From: an uncultured Gammaproteobacteria bacterium
GTDB taxonomy: Bacteria; Patescibacteriota; Patescibacteriia; Magasanikbacterales; JBBTQS01
Length of the DNA: 64,000 nt
Reading direction: 5' to 3'
Assembly (NCBI GenBank): GCA_964627525.1
Contig: CAZVIA010000005.1
Location: 6,078-70,077, forward strand
The position numbers and the translations under genes are program-made. Of this stretch, positions 37,557-50,400 are shown piece by piece (the first letter of the stretch is position 1; every line of letters begins with the position of its first letter). The notes under the pieces are model-generated. The model ran no database searches and was not told the DNA's origin. It worked only from the letters and a program-made list of their open reading frames with translations.

Positions 37557-38822
37557 CTAAGGCACCAAACTCTTAAACCACTTTCTCACTTGTTTACTCA
37601 CCTTATCTACGGTTTTAAATTTTGAAATTACATCTCCCCAACCTTGACCATCACCAGTACTTAATTTAAATCCCCATTGCACCAAACCAATCGCAGTTGC
37701 AAAAGATAAATCATTTACTTTTTCTGTTACACTTGAAATTTCTAAAGGATAACCCAATGAAGCTGGTAACTGCAAAACATCTTTACTAACTTCAACTATC
37801 CCAGGCATTTTTGCTCCTCCACCAGTAAACACAACTCCTGCTGGCAAAATCCTACTACGCCCAATTTTTTTAAATTCATCATCAACTCTTTCTAAAATTT
37901 CTTCAATACGCGCCTGAATAATTTCTGCAACGTATTTTTTTGCAACTTCTTCTGATTCATCAGCACCCAGATCTGCCAAGTCAATTGTATCGCGCTTATG
38001 TATTCCTTTTACTTGTGCTGTTCCATATTCAATTTTTACTCTTTCTGCAACATCAATTGATGTACGCAAACCAATAGCAATATCATTTGTAATATGCTCT
38101 GAACCAATTGGCAAAACAGCTGTGTGCACCACATCTCCTTCTTCATAAACAGCCATACTTGTTGTTGAACCACCAAGATTGATCACAGCAACACCTAATT
38201 CTTTTTGCCTACGAGTTACAACAGCTTCTGCAGTTGCCAAAATAGACAAAACCAAATCATCAATATCAACTCCAGTTCTATAAACACTTCTTGTTAAATT
38301 TTTTATTTGAGAAGAAACACCTTGGATAATTTGTGAATCAACCTCTAAACGCACACCTGTCATTCCAACCGGATCTTTAATTCCTGCCTGACCATCTACT
38401 GTAAAACTTTTTGGTAAAACATGAAGTATCTCATAATTAATCGGTGTAGCAACTGTTCGCGCTGCGTCAATTGCTCTAGCAATATCATCCCCTGTTATTT
38501 CACCATCTGATCTTGAAACAGCAATCACACCTTTACTTTCTTGAGACAAAATATGACTTCCAGAAATTCCAACCCAAACATGTTCAATTGGCGCACCAAT
38601 CATTCTTTCTGCACGCTCAAGACAAGCACTAATTGATGAAACAGTGTCCTCAATACTTGTGACTATTCCTTTATGCACTCCTTCAGAAGGAACTTCAGCA
38701 GCACCAACAATGTGCATTGTTTCTGTTTCAGCACGCACCATTGGCTGACCAACAGCAATTCTCACTGCAGTTGATCCAATGTCTAGCCCTGTTATTAATT
38801 CTTCTCTAATTTTCGCTCGCAT
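37557..38822 (-). CDS. ftsA: Cell division protein FtsA
   Basis: GLDIGS, I.DPVGM.GVRLE, IN.GG.TT, GVVFTGGGA. Confidence 0.97.
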   Translation of the reverse strand: MRAKIREELITGLDIGSTAVRIAVGQPMVRAETETMHIVGAAEVPSEGVHKGIVTSIEDTVSSISACLERAERMIGAPIEHVWVGISGSHILSQESKGVIAVSRSDGEITGDDIARAIDAARTVATPINYEILHVLPKSFTVDGQAGIKDPVGMTGVRLEVDSQIIQGVSSQIKNLTRSVYRTGVDIDDLVLSILATAEAVVTRRQKELGVAVINLGGSTTSMAVYEEGDVVHTAVLPIGSEHITNDIAIGLRTSIDVAERVKIEYGTAQVKGIHKRDTIDLADLGADESEEVAKKYVAEIIQARIEEILERVDDEFKKIGRSRILPAGVVFTGGGAKMPGIVEVSKDVLQLPASLGYPLEISSVTEKVNDLSFATAIGLVQWGFKLSTGDGQGWGDVISKFKTVDKVSKQVRKWFKSLVP

Positions 38823-38853
38823 GTTAAATCGTAAGTAAGAACACTTTTTGTGT

Positions 38854-39324
38854 TCAATGCTTTTTGCTCTTTAGGAAATTATACACTAATTTATCTTGCT
38901 TTGTATACATTTGCTGTGCATGACTTTTTTTCTTATGATCCTTGCCAATTAAATGCAACAAACCATGCGCTACTATTGTGGCAAATTCTTCTTTAATAGA
39001 CCCACCCCCAAACTTAGCTTCTTTTACAATTTGTGGCACACACAAAATAATTTCACCTAAATCATTTTTATTTTCAACTGATTGTGCTGGCCATTTTTCA
39101 TTTGCATAAGTTTCTTTTGAAGAAAAAGACAAAACATTTGTAACCTTAAAATCTCCTGAAAAAACACCATTCAAAGTTTTCATCTTTCTTTCTCCAACAC
39201 AGACCAGTGCCACCTCTTTTGAAGGTGGCAGGTTTAAATTTTTTGCAAAATGTTCAGCTGCTTTTTTCAACCACTGACATGAAATCGGCAGTGAACGCAA
39301 TGTTGTTACTGTTCTTATTTTCAT
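38854..39324 (-). CDS. ybeY: rRNA maturation endoribonuclease YbeY
   Basis: TNVLSF, LGEI..C, HGLLHLIG.DH. Confidence 0.9.
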   Translation of the reverse strand: MKIRTVTTLRSLPISCQWLKKAAEHFAKNLNLPPSKEVALVCVGERKMKTLNGVFSGDFKVTNVLSFSSKETYANEKWPAQSVENKNDLGEIILCVPQIVKEAKFGGGSIKEEFATIVAHGLLHLIGKDHKKKSHAQQMYTKQDKLVYNFLKSKKH

Positions 39325-40596
39325 TTATGGAATAATAAAAGATCCTTGGTCTTCATCTTCTGGCTCTGACCCACCTGCTGGCTCTCCTGTTTCAATCTCT
39401 AACCCTAACTCTACTTCAGGTGTTGTAGTTGCTTCTGACTCTAAATCTGGCTCTGCAAAAGGTTCTTCTAAACCAAACTTCCCTGAATCAAAAAGATTTT
39501 CTAATTCTGGCAAATCACCCAACTCTGGCAGTTCTTCCAACCCAGCAACTGCCTCACCAGTACTTTTTTCTACAAAGTGAAAACTTTCAGCCATCATTTC
39601 CAAAGTTCTTCTAAAATTAATTGCATTACGTACTCCAGCATTATATTGTAATACAAAAACTTTTTCAGGTGTTGCAAAATAAAATCTCAATTGCTGATCT
39701 TCATACCAACCAACTTGACCCATTCTATTTTCCCAAGGATTTAATTTTGAAAAAGCTACCTTAGGATTATTTTTTGAAAACCAAGCAACAAACGATTCAC
39801 CTACTTCTAACTCATAAGTATTTAAAGCCATGTACTCTCCAGTCAAAGAAGTAAACAAAACTTCATTTTGTTTATTTGCATCTAAAGGAGCTGCCAACCA
39901 ATCAATTGGATAAATTAATTCATACTTGTGAATTGTACTCTTATAACTTGATATACTTGTTGAGGTTGTAATACTTGCAGGTGCTTTAATAACTGGATTA
40001 TATAAGTTTGAAACTTCTACCCCATCTGGAAAAGAATCATCATCAGTATCAGTATCTGCAACATCAGTTGTAAATAATTCTTCTTCAACATCTGTTAACC
40101 CATCTCCATCAAAATCAATTGTGTCACCCAACAAAGGCAAAACTACTAACAATGTAGGAGTACTAGTTGGCACAACTGGTTCTAAGTCAGGCTTAACAGG
40201 TGTTTCAATTTCTGGAACAACAACAATTTCAGGTGGCACAACAACTGGCTGTGGACCTGGTCCATCTTTTGTATAAAACCAAGTAGACCCTGCAATAACC
40301 AAAATCAAAACCAAACCAGCTCCACCATACATTAAATTCTTCTTTTTCTTGTAAATTGGAATCTCATGTTTTGGCCCGTGTTTTTGATTTGGGTCAGTAA
40401 GTTTTTGCGGCTGTGGTTTTACAGGAGGTTTTACAACAACTGGTTTAGGTTGTTGAGCAACAACAGGAGCTGCAGCATTCACAGAAGCTTGTTCACCATA
40501 AAAAGCTTTTGGAATTGTGTGGATATCAATAGGATCTTTATCAATTTTTGGTTGAATAGATTCTTGTTCTTGTTTTTTCTTTCCAAATCCTAACAT
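39325..40596 (-). CDS. Membrane-anchored protein with TSP3-like DxDxDG Ca-binding repeats
   Basis: TM; DFDGDGLTD.EE..F.TD....DTD.D.F.DG.E. Confidence 0.7.
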   Translation of the reverse strand: MLGFGKKKQEQESIQPKIDKDPIDIHTIPKAFYGEQASVNAAAPVVAQQPKPVVVKPPVKPQPQKLTDPNQKHGPKHEIPIYKKKKNLMYGGAGLVLILVIAGSTWFYTKDGPGPQPVVVPPEIVVVPEIETPVKPDLEPVVPTSTPTLLVVLPLLGDTIDFDGDGLTDVEEELFTTDVADTDTDDDSFPDGVEVSNLYNPVIKAPASITTSTSISSYKSTIHKYELIYPIDWLAAPLDANKQNEVLFTSLTGEYMALNTYELEVGESFVAWFSKNNPKVAFSKLNPWENRMGQVGWYEDQQLRFYFATPEKVFVLQYNAGVRNAINFRRTLEMMAESFHFVEKSTGEAVAGLEELPELGDLPELENLFDSGKFGLEEPFAEPDLESEATTTPEVELGLEIETGEPAGGSEPEDEDQGSFIIP

Positions 40597-40602
40597 GTTG
40601 TT

Positions 40603-41397
40603 TTAGTTAGTAGGCACTTTTAATAACTTACCAGCACCTTTTGGATTATAACCTGCATTTATTTCACTACCATCTTCATATGTATCACCATCTGTATCTG
40701 GATTTAGAGGATCAGTTCCCCAAATCTCCAACTCTTCTTTATCATTTAAACCATCACCATCTGTATCAGGATTATTCCAATCTGTTCCATATTGAATTTC
40801 AACATCATCAGTTATGCCATCAAAATCTGAATCTAGCAAAGCAGAAGGTTCTGGCTCTGGGATAACAATTGTTTCGTCTACTTCTGGAATAATTGTATTG
40901 TCTTTTGGTTCTGGCTCTACAATAGGTGCATCTTCAATTATTAAAGAATCAGTATCATTAATATCTTCTTGTTCCTCTTCCTCATCTTCAATATCTTCTA
41001 TATTTGCTTCAGGAGGAACAATAGTTTCAACAACATCCACATCATCACCAGACATCAAAGAATTAAAAACCCAATATCCACCAGCAATCACTAAAACAGC
41101 AACTACAACTACCAAACCAATCATAAAAATTTTACTTTGTGTCATTGGTGCTTTTAACTCATAAATACTAACACCTTCTCCAGGCATTCCAGTATCTTTT
41201 GGTGTATCTGCTGTAACTGGTTTTAATTTTCCAGTTTCAACAGCTGATGGACCATAATCAACAGATTTATATTTTACTTCTTCTGGAGCTGGCACACCTG
41301 CCGGATCTGGCGCACCTTCTGTTGTTGGTGGCTGATTTGGATCTGGCTGTTGCGTTGGCTGTGGTGACTGCCCTGGTTGTTGTGGATCATCAAACAT
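40603..41397 (-). CDS. Membrane-anchored protein with bacterial TSP3-like repeats
   Basis: DSDFDG..D..E...GTD..NPDTDGDG repeats. Confidence 0.75.
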   Translation of the reverse strand: MFDDPQQPGQSPQPTQQPDPNQPPTTEGAPDPAGVPAPEEVKYKSVDYGPSAVETGKLKPVTADTPKDTGMPGEGVSIYELKAPMTQSKIFMIGLVVVVAVLVIAGGYWVFNSLMSGDDVDVVETIVPPEANIEDIEDEEEEQEDINDTDSLIIEDAPIVEPEPKDNTIIPEVDETIVIPEPEPSALLDSDFDGITDDVEIQYGTDWNNPDTDGDGLNDKEELEIWGTDPLNPDTDGDTYEDGSEINAGYNPKGAGKLLKVPTN

Positions 41398-41423
41398 ATT
41401 TTTATAAAAAACTTTTTGTAAAA

Positions 41424-44400
41424 TTAAATACTACAATTTATTTTGTCAAAACTACAATCTGGCGCACATTGCAAATCTCCTCCTGTAAATCCAAAATCCG
41501 TACACTGCACACCGCTCATATCCTCATTATCACAAGATTCTTGAGCTTGCCTAACTCCATCACCACAACTTCCACCAGTTAATGTAATTTTTTTACAAGT
41601 ATTACTACAATATATGCAACTACTATTATACAGTGCTGAGCAAATATTACCATTGCTCACTCCATTATCACACTCCTCACCTATTTCAGGTTGCAAAGAA
41701 GCATCCCCACAAATCTTTTCTGGAACTGGTGGAGTTGGTGGTGGAGGTGCATATACAACTTCTGCATTAGGATCTGTTTCAGAACATTCCCAATCAGTAC
41801 TTTTTTCTATTTTACAATCAGATGTACAACCCTTAATCAAATATGCTTTATCTTTTCCAGGTGCACACCACTCTATCACATTTATATTTAAAGTTTCTGA
41901 AATTATAGGATCCCCATCACATTCTTCACCACCATTTATCAATCTATCACCACAATATGGTCCAAAAGCCTTACAATCCCAGTTACATGATTCTGACTTA
42001 GACGAAGCATGAACTGTTTGCACTTGTTCCTTTAGACAAGGCTCTGGATCACTTGTTTTTATTCCAGCTGGTAAATCTTCTACTGGCATTACAAAAGAAA
42101 CTACCTTATCATCTCCTGCAGAATATACACCAACAATTACCATTTGTTTCCCATCAACTGTTTTATAATAAATATCAACTACTTTTTCACAATCCACACT
42201 TTCAGACCCAACAGAACAAGTTCTGTTTGTAAATGCACACCTATTACCCCACACATCACATACCTCACCTTGATTTTCTTGTATAATTCCATCACCACAA
42301 GCACCATAGGCACTAATTTCACTTAAGCAATCTAAACTACAATTATTATAAGCCCCATTAAACGAAGCATTATCACAAACCTCACCACCATTTAGAACAC
42401 CATCTCCACAAAAACCAGTTGGCTGACAATTAACTTGTGACTCTGGCAAATATTTACAATCATTAGGACATTGAATTACAAAAGTACCTGGATATTCCAC
42501 GCTAGAAGCATCACTATACACACAACTTCCATAACTTGCTTTCATTCCAATTTCACACTGCTCTCCCATACTTGGATTTAAAATTCCATCACCACAAACA
42601 CCACCAGCACCAATAAATGTACTTGTTATATCTGTGCATGTTTCAACAAGATCAAATTCAGATAAATCAATACCTTTCCAATCATTTGGTCCACTACTTT
42701 CTAATTCAGCTTTTAATTTATATTCTAAACCACCTTCAGTTGATTGATAAGCATAAACATGAGAACGTTTCATGCATTGATATTGTTGTGAACCTGAATT
42801 CCAACAATTTTCAGAATTAGCACCTGATTCAGCACAACCAATCCTAAATTCATTCAAAGGATCTAATGGCATTTCAATTCCCAAAACAGAACCAAGTTGT
42901 GCTTGCCATGAATCCCAAGCACTAACACTCATAGATGGAATATATGTACCTTGTTGCAACAAAGGTGCGTTTGTGTTTTGCATTTTATAAATTTCAACAG
43001 CTTGTTTAATTTTTTGCAAATCACTCAACCTCACCATGTCTCGTTGCATTTGTTTTTTAACAGACAAGCAATCAATATATTCTTCACTACCTGGAATAAT
43101 TTTTTCTTCAGCAGTTGGAGCTTCAGCTAGACACTCTAATTCTGAAGTACATTGAATTTCTGGTTGCAAAATATTGTAAGCTTTTTTAGATTCTTTTATT
43201 GACGCACAAACACCCTGATCCCACTCTTTATTCAAATTAACATTAAATTCTAGATTATCAATTAATTGTTTGTAAATAATTTTTGTTTCAGCAGATGCTG
43301 TGTCATTATGAGAAATAATATAAATATTTGTATACCTTTCATTAAATTTTCCTTTATCATTAGACCCAGGAGTCAATTTATGATTATTGTTTTCAGTTGC
43401 AACATTAACAGCACTAATATAAATTGTGGCACCATCAACAATAGCCTGGTAACCATCAATTTCAATTACTTCGGGATTACCAGGAAATCCTTGCTCATTG
43501 TACCAATCCATTGGAGACAAATGTTTTAGGTTTTTCTGAACTCTTACACCAATAGCATCTCCATTATCTTGGTTTTGCAAGAAAAATGCTTTTAATAAAT
43601 TTGGATCATCAGCAGTTGAAACAAGCTGACCCTTAGTTAGTCCTGGTAACAAATCTTGAGTTCCATTTCCTCTACAATACCAAGTGCTAAAATTGTGTGA
43701 ACTATCAATCAATGGGAACTGACTATTTTGATATTCAGGCCAAGGATTTTCACACATTGTGTTAGTTAATTCAGCAATACCATAATACTCATTTTCAACA
43801 GTTGAAGGATTAAAGAAAGTATCATGCGTAATTGTTGCTGTTGCACGCAAAATTGCACTACCTTTATTTGGTAAAGCACTTACTATAACAACATCACCAT
43901 CATCACTAACATTTTCAATTTGTGCAATAGTTTCATTACTTACTAACCAACTCCACTCCCACTCATAATCATTTGTTTGAATTAGTGGTTGTGCAACACC
44001 ATTAATCACTGTTTCTGCTATTGCAATAAAATTACCAGCACCTTCAATACCTGGCACAAAAAATACATATTTACCAGGTTCAACACTTACACGATCTATA
44101 TCACAAACCTCAAGACCTGTTGTAAACTGCCAACTTTTATCTTGGTGCATGCTAATACTTTTCTCATTTTTAATATCTTTTCCTAAATTAACATAATAAG
44201 TAGTATTTGCTTTCAAAACCTCTGTAGGAATTATAAACAACTTACTTCTATTAACCACCTTACCCTCAATTATTTCTTGTGCATCTGCTAACTGAATTTC
44301 AAAATCAACCACACCTTCACAATCAAATAATGCATAAGCTGGCTCTACATCAAGCATCTCACGCACAAAATTAACAACTGAAAGCCATGCGCGTCTATAC

Positions 44401-47400
44401 CAAGGATCATTTATATTTTTTGTAAATTTTTGAGTTACAGTTCCACCAGCTTTTGTACAAGCTTCTTCTGTATTAGTTTTAATATAAACAGAAACATTAT
44501 CAGTTAAACTATTAGGATAAATTTTTTCATTAAATTCTGCTGTCATCATTGTGTTCCTACACACACCAGATGAAATTGGTTTTTCAGAAATAACATTTGG
44601 ACGACCATAACAACACGCATCATTTCCAACACCCAATGTATTTACATCACCACATTGTGCATCTGAAGTAAATCCACACTGAATAACATATTTTCCTTCA
44701 GCATCAACACTACCTACTGCAAATGGCAAACTAGTTGAAGCTTTTACTTCAGCAGTACGTTTATTATCTACCACATCACCACCTTCTAACCCTGTTATAT
44801 ATTGGATATGATTACTTGCAGACACACCTACATATGCACCAGCTTTTTCACAACTTGAAGCTTCATCAAACTGTGTAGTACCATCACCACAAAATGAACC
44901 ACGTTGTGCAGATGATCCTTCTAACAAACATGTTGAACTACAACCATCTCCAGAAATTATATTTCCATCATCACATGACTCACCTTTTGCAATTTCAACT
45001 TCTCCATTACCACACCAATCTGCATCACCTTGTTGTTTAGGGCCACGACCTTCCATTACGCAAAACTCACTACAAGAATTTTCAAGATTATTTTTTACAA
45101 AACCATCACAATATAAATCTTCACCCGGCTCATTTATTCCATTACCACAAACAGCCACACCAACACATTGTGCATCTAAATCTTCTGATTTTAATTTATT
45201 ACAAGCAGTATAAGACGGTGGTGTACCTGTCCACAGACAACCACTACAATACATTCCATATTCTGGATCAGCATCATCACATTCTTCGCCAATACCCACA
45301 TCCTTATTTCCACATTCAGCAACTGTTGAATTAGAACCCAACCATGTACAAACCTCACTACAACCTTCTCCACCATCACAATCTTCACCACCCAGATCTG
45401 CCATATACTGGACTTCTCCATCACCACAAACTGAATTAGGTGAATCTGCGCCTTCATTTAAACAAATACTACTACAACCATCATCACTTCTAATATTTCC
45501 ATCATCACAATTTTCACCAGGTTCAAGCACTTTATTTCCACAAACACTAGTGCCTTTTGGCTGACTTCCTTTTGCTAAACAAGAATCAGTACAATAAGGA
45601 GATTCTTTAAGTGTTTTTATTTTGGATTCTTTTCCACCAACTAATTGTGCCACACTTGAAGGCAAAACACTCCATGACCAATCATAACTACCTGCATCTA
45701 ATAATTGACCTTCTGTTGGATTACAATTATCTACTGAACCACGAGCTTCCACTTCAAAACCTCTTACAATACCTGGTCCAGACACAACAGTTTCTACAGG
45801 TACTAAGCCAGCTTCGGAAATTTCACAATTTTGTGTATTATTTTTTGATTTAAAAACCCAACTAAAGTAACGTGAATTTTCACCCAAAGGATAACGACTT
45901 TCTTCAGGAATACTTGTAATTGGAATTCCAACACCTGATTTTGAAATCAAACCATTTTCACCTAACAAAACCAAAACTCTGTGATATTTATTAGGAGGCA
46001 AGGTATATCCATTTAAAATTATTTTATTTGTTACCCAATAATTTGGAACTTGCAATGTGTAAGGTAACTTAAGTGACTCTACTTCTTTGGTTAACAAACC
46101 ATTTTCATCTGTGTCAAACAAACATGATTCATTTTCACATTCTAACACCAAAATACTAGCTGCCTTAGCTGGATTAAAAGTACTACTATTTAATCTAATT
46201 GATTGTTTTTTAACTGGCTTATCAAACTCAATTCCAACTTGCGCATTTACACAAACTGCTGAACAGAAAGGATAATAACTAGAAATTTCAGAAGACTTTA
46301 CTTTTACACTTAGCTCACCTTTTCCAACCTTATCCTTCACAGATGCCAAAATTGTTGCAGGAGTATTTGCTGGAGTTTCAGCTTTTGCATCAACAACAAT
46401 TTCTGGATAAGTATCTTCAAATTTTTGACCTTCATACCCATCTAAATCATCATAAAATTCTACGTATTTATAATCTTCATCACTTACTTCCCATGTCCAT
46501 TGATAATAAGATGAATCTAAAACAACACAAGAATTTTCTGGCTTTGCTTCTGCTTTATATTCAACAATTATTTCCTCTCCATTTTCTAATGTTTCACTTA
46601 CCCAACCTAATGAACTTGCAGTATATCTATTTGGATTAACTTCTACTGATTCAACTTTACATAATTCTTTTGACTCACGAGTTTTAAATATATAACAATA
46701 TGATTCATTTCTTGCTACATCACAACTAGTATTAATTTCCATTGGAATACTATTTGTATTTTTCAAACCATTATTCAAACCAACTCTATACCATGTATCT
46801 GGATCAAAACCAATGTGATTCATACCACCTGCTGCACCAACTACTTTTAATATTGCTCCATCTTTAGTATCATCAAAAACATAAGTTTGTACAAGAGATC
46901 CCAACATTGGACTCAATGCTTCACATTCATGATCCACTTCTCCAGGAATCTCTTCACCATCTTCTCCTATTTGATCAACCTTACCTATACATTTTTGAAC
47001 ATAAAAATTTGAATTGCTAAACGTGTTAGCATCCATTTTTTGTGAAAACACAACATTTACAATTGCATTTTTACAAATCTCTTCACCACCAGCATGACCA
47101 ACCCAAGGCGAAGGACTTTCCATACCAGAACCACATTGTTGCATTACTTGAGGAGCTCCATAATCCACAAAAATCAAAGCATCATCAGTTATTTTTGTTT
47201 GTAAATGAGTTGCTGTTACAACTGCTGGCACAACTGAAACACTCCCAGTTTCTAATGCAGCCTCCTTGCTTTCACCAGTAACTTTCATGTGAGATTGACA
47301 ACTATTAGCTCCAACAACTTTTTTAGGAATTACAACTGATTCATTATCACTGCCCCAAGACATTGAGCTTCCAAACCCAAAACAATTATCATACAAAAAG

Positions 47401-50400
47401 CAATTAGACTCTTTTGCAACTCCCATGACATTCCAAGCCAAAGGATTGTAAACCCTAATCTTTTTACCTTCTTCATCTAAAATTTGCACCCCTTCTTCAT
47501 CAACCAAATACTCACCTTTAGGATCCATGATTAAACTAGTATTTTCTTGCAAACCATCTGCTCCATCAACTGTAAATTCACTTGGTGAAACAACTAGTCC
47601 ACCTAACTTACAATCTGTACCATCCTCATGAGTTTTAAATTTAAAACAATATGCACCACCTGCTAATTCTGCAGGAGTTCCTTCACAAGTACCATCGGGA
47701 ACCATACTCATTCCGTTTTCCAAACCAGTGATAGTATCTTTTAACACACCCATGTACCAAGTATTTGGAGCAAAATTTTGAGTTATAAAATTAGCCAAAT
47801 AACTTTGGTAAGCACCCCCATTACCAATATACATTTGGTAAACAAAATCAACAGGATTATCATTAAACACACCACAAACCTCCTCACCTTTTTCCTCATC
47901 TCCTTCACACTTATACAACAGCATTGAAGAATTCACTCCTTGCCCTAATTTTAAAGTGGTTTGATCAATAGGAATTGAAAACTTTACACCAACTGGCACA
48001 CTCTTACAAACAGAAGTACCACCTGGATGATCTTCCCAAGGAGATGGTGAAGGTAAAGCACTACCAGTACACTCTTCAATCACAGTCGGTGGAAAATTAT
48101 TTGGATTTGGAGATGACTTTCCAGTAAAAAATGAATAAGTATAACTTGCCACTGGAATATTAAACGAACCACATTTCAAAGCATCACCAGAATCAGTATC
48201 TGTTTTTGGAATACAAGCACCATCACCACAACATTGTTCATCTTCTGTACATGCTTTTTTATCTTCATTACAATTTTTTATTGTGAAAAACTTTTCATTA
48301 CTTGTAAGCGCACTAGCATTTTTAATTTTAACTGGACCAGAAGTTGCACCCATAGGAACAGTTGTATAAATCACATCCTCATACCAATCATTTGCATCTA
48401 CACTTGCTTCTAAATCACCAAAAGACACCTTACCTTTTTCTGTTCCAAAATTTTTACCATGCAAAGTAACTTTTAATTTTTCTGGACCATTATCTGGAGC
48501 TAATGCACACAAACCAGGTTTTGGCACACCATCAATAATCTCAAACTTAATACTATTACTATTATTATTATTTGGATCATTATCTGAATCATTTCTAGAA
48601 ACCAATAAATGATAATTTCCAGACGCAGCTTGTGGCACTTTAACTATAATAGATGCATCAGACCAAGTACCTAACTTGCTACACATTTCTGGAAATTCAA
48701 AATCACCTAACACCACCAAATCTGTTGGTACTAAATCAGGTGTTAAACTTATAAACTTCACTAGATTTTTATATTTCCCAAAATTCTTTCCTGTTATTGT
48801 AATATATTGACCTACAGGACCTCGCTCATCACTTAAAGAAATAATCGATGGAGCTGGTTTTGCACCTTCACCCAAAACCTCAAAAGGAACTGGATTAGAT
48901 TTTTTACCATTAACCTCTGCTTCAACTAAATAATTTCCAACACTCATGTTTGGCACATTAACACCAACCTTATTTATAGCAAGTGTTTTCATTATTGCAG
49001 TTTGTCCACCAATTCTAATATACTGTTTTGCAGCGTCAATACTTAAATTTTTTCCAAAAACCTGAACCAAAGAATCTGGTTTATCAGATGGGGGAGAAAC
49101 CGAACACAAACCCGGAGCTGTAGAATCCCCTTCTTTAACTTGAAAAACTTCTGGCAAAAAATTACCACGATCATCATCTGTCCTATCTTCGCCAAATTGA
49201 TTTTTAACTTCAATTGGATATTTTTTGTCTAACACTAAATTCTGTGGCACCTCAACAATAATCATATTATCTGTCCAACTACTATTTCCAGCACATTGTG
49301 CTTTTGATGCTGTAAACTTCTTTATATTTTTTCCATCTTCATCAATAAAACTCACTGTCCCCTGCTCACCAAAATATTTTCCAAAAATCGTAACCCAATT
49401 TGGCGCACCACCACCACGCGGTGAAACCTCTGTAATTGTTGGTAGCTCAACACATTTTTTTACTTCAGTATTAGTAGTGTCTTTTGTTTTATCCCAACTT
49501 AAATCAGCACCATACAACACAAAACTTTCACCACGCTCACACTCATCACAACCAATATGCAATCTCAATTGCTCAGCAGGTTTTTCAAAAGTTTTTGTAA
49601 TTGAATATTTTACCCACTGATTTGTAACCTCAATTTTTTTAGACTCTGCTTCATCATAAGTACCCCGATCCAGCAAATTAGAAAAAACAACTGACACTTC
49701 TCGTGGCGCTGACCTACTTAGAATTTTCCGCAACCACAATGTAAATGTAAAAGTATTTCCTTGAGTTTTTTGTGAAAAAACTTTCTGCAAAATATTATTT
49801 TGAGATTCCAAAACTTCAACAGCTGCACCTGTTAGATCCCCAGAAGGACTTTTTAATTTATTTTCTTTTACCACAAAACCACTACCAACTTCCCACTTTG
49901 AAAATTCACTTGAATTATCTAATAATTTTTGCGGTAATTCAGCAGGCGTTGAACACACACCACTTGCACAATCACTATTTTTATCACACCCAGAATTTTT
50001 ACATTTTCCACAATCACCTCCATCAGGACTACAATCAATACCTATCTCATCTGTATCTGCAGTTTTTATACCATCAAAACAATGTTCTGGTGCAAGCGAT
50101 AATTTTATTTCATCTGATTCTGTTTTATGTCCATCAAAATCATAAGCAATTGCCTTAACAGCAATTTCAGAATCATTACTAAACTGTCCTGTATCAAAAG
50201 AAATACTAACCGTTGTTGGTAAACCAATAGGATAATCAAGTTTCTTAAAACCAACTTTTTCATTTTCTACAAAAAACTCAACCAAACCAACACCAACGTC
50301 ATCATCAACCTTTGCACCTATAGTTACATTACTATTTTTTGGAATCATTGCTCCTTCATCTGGAGAAGTTATCTCAACACTTGGAGCTTTCAAGTCTAAC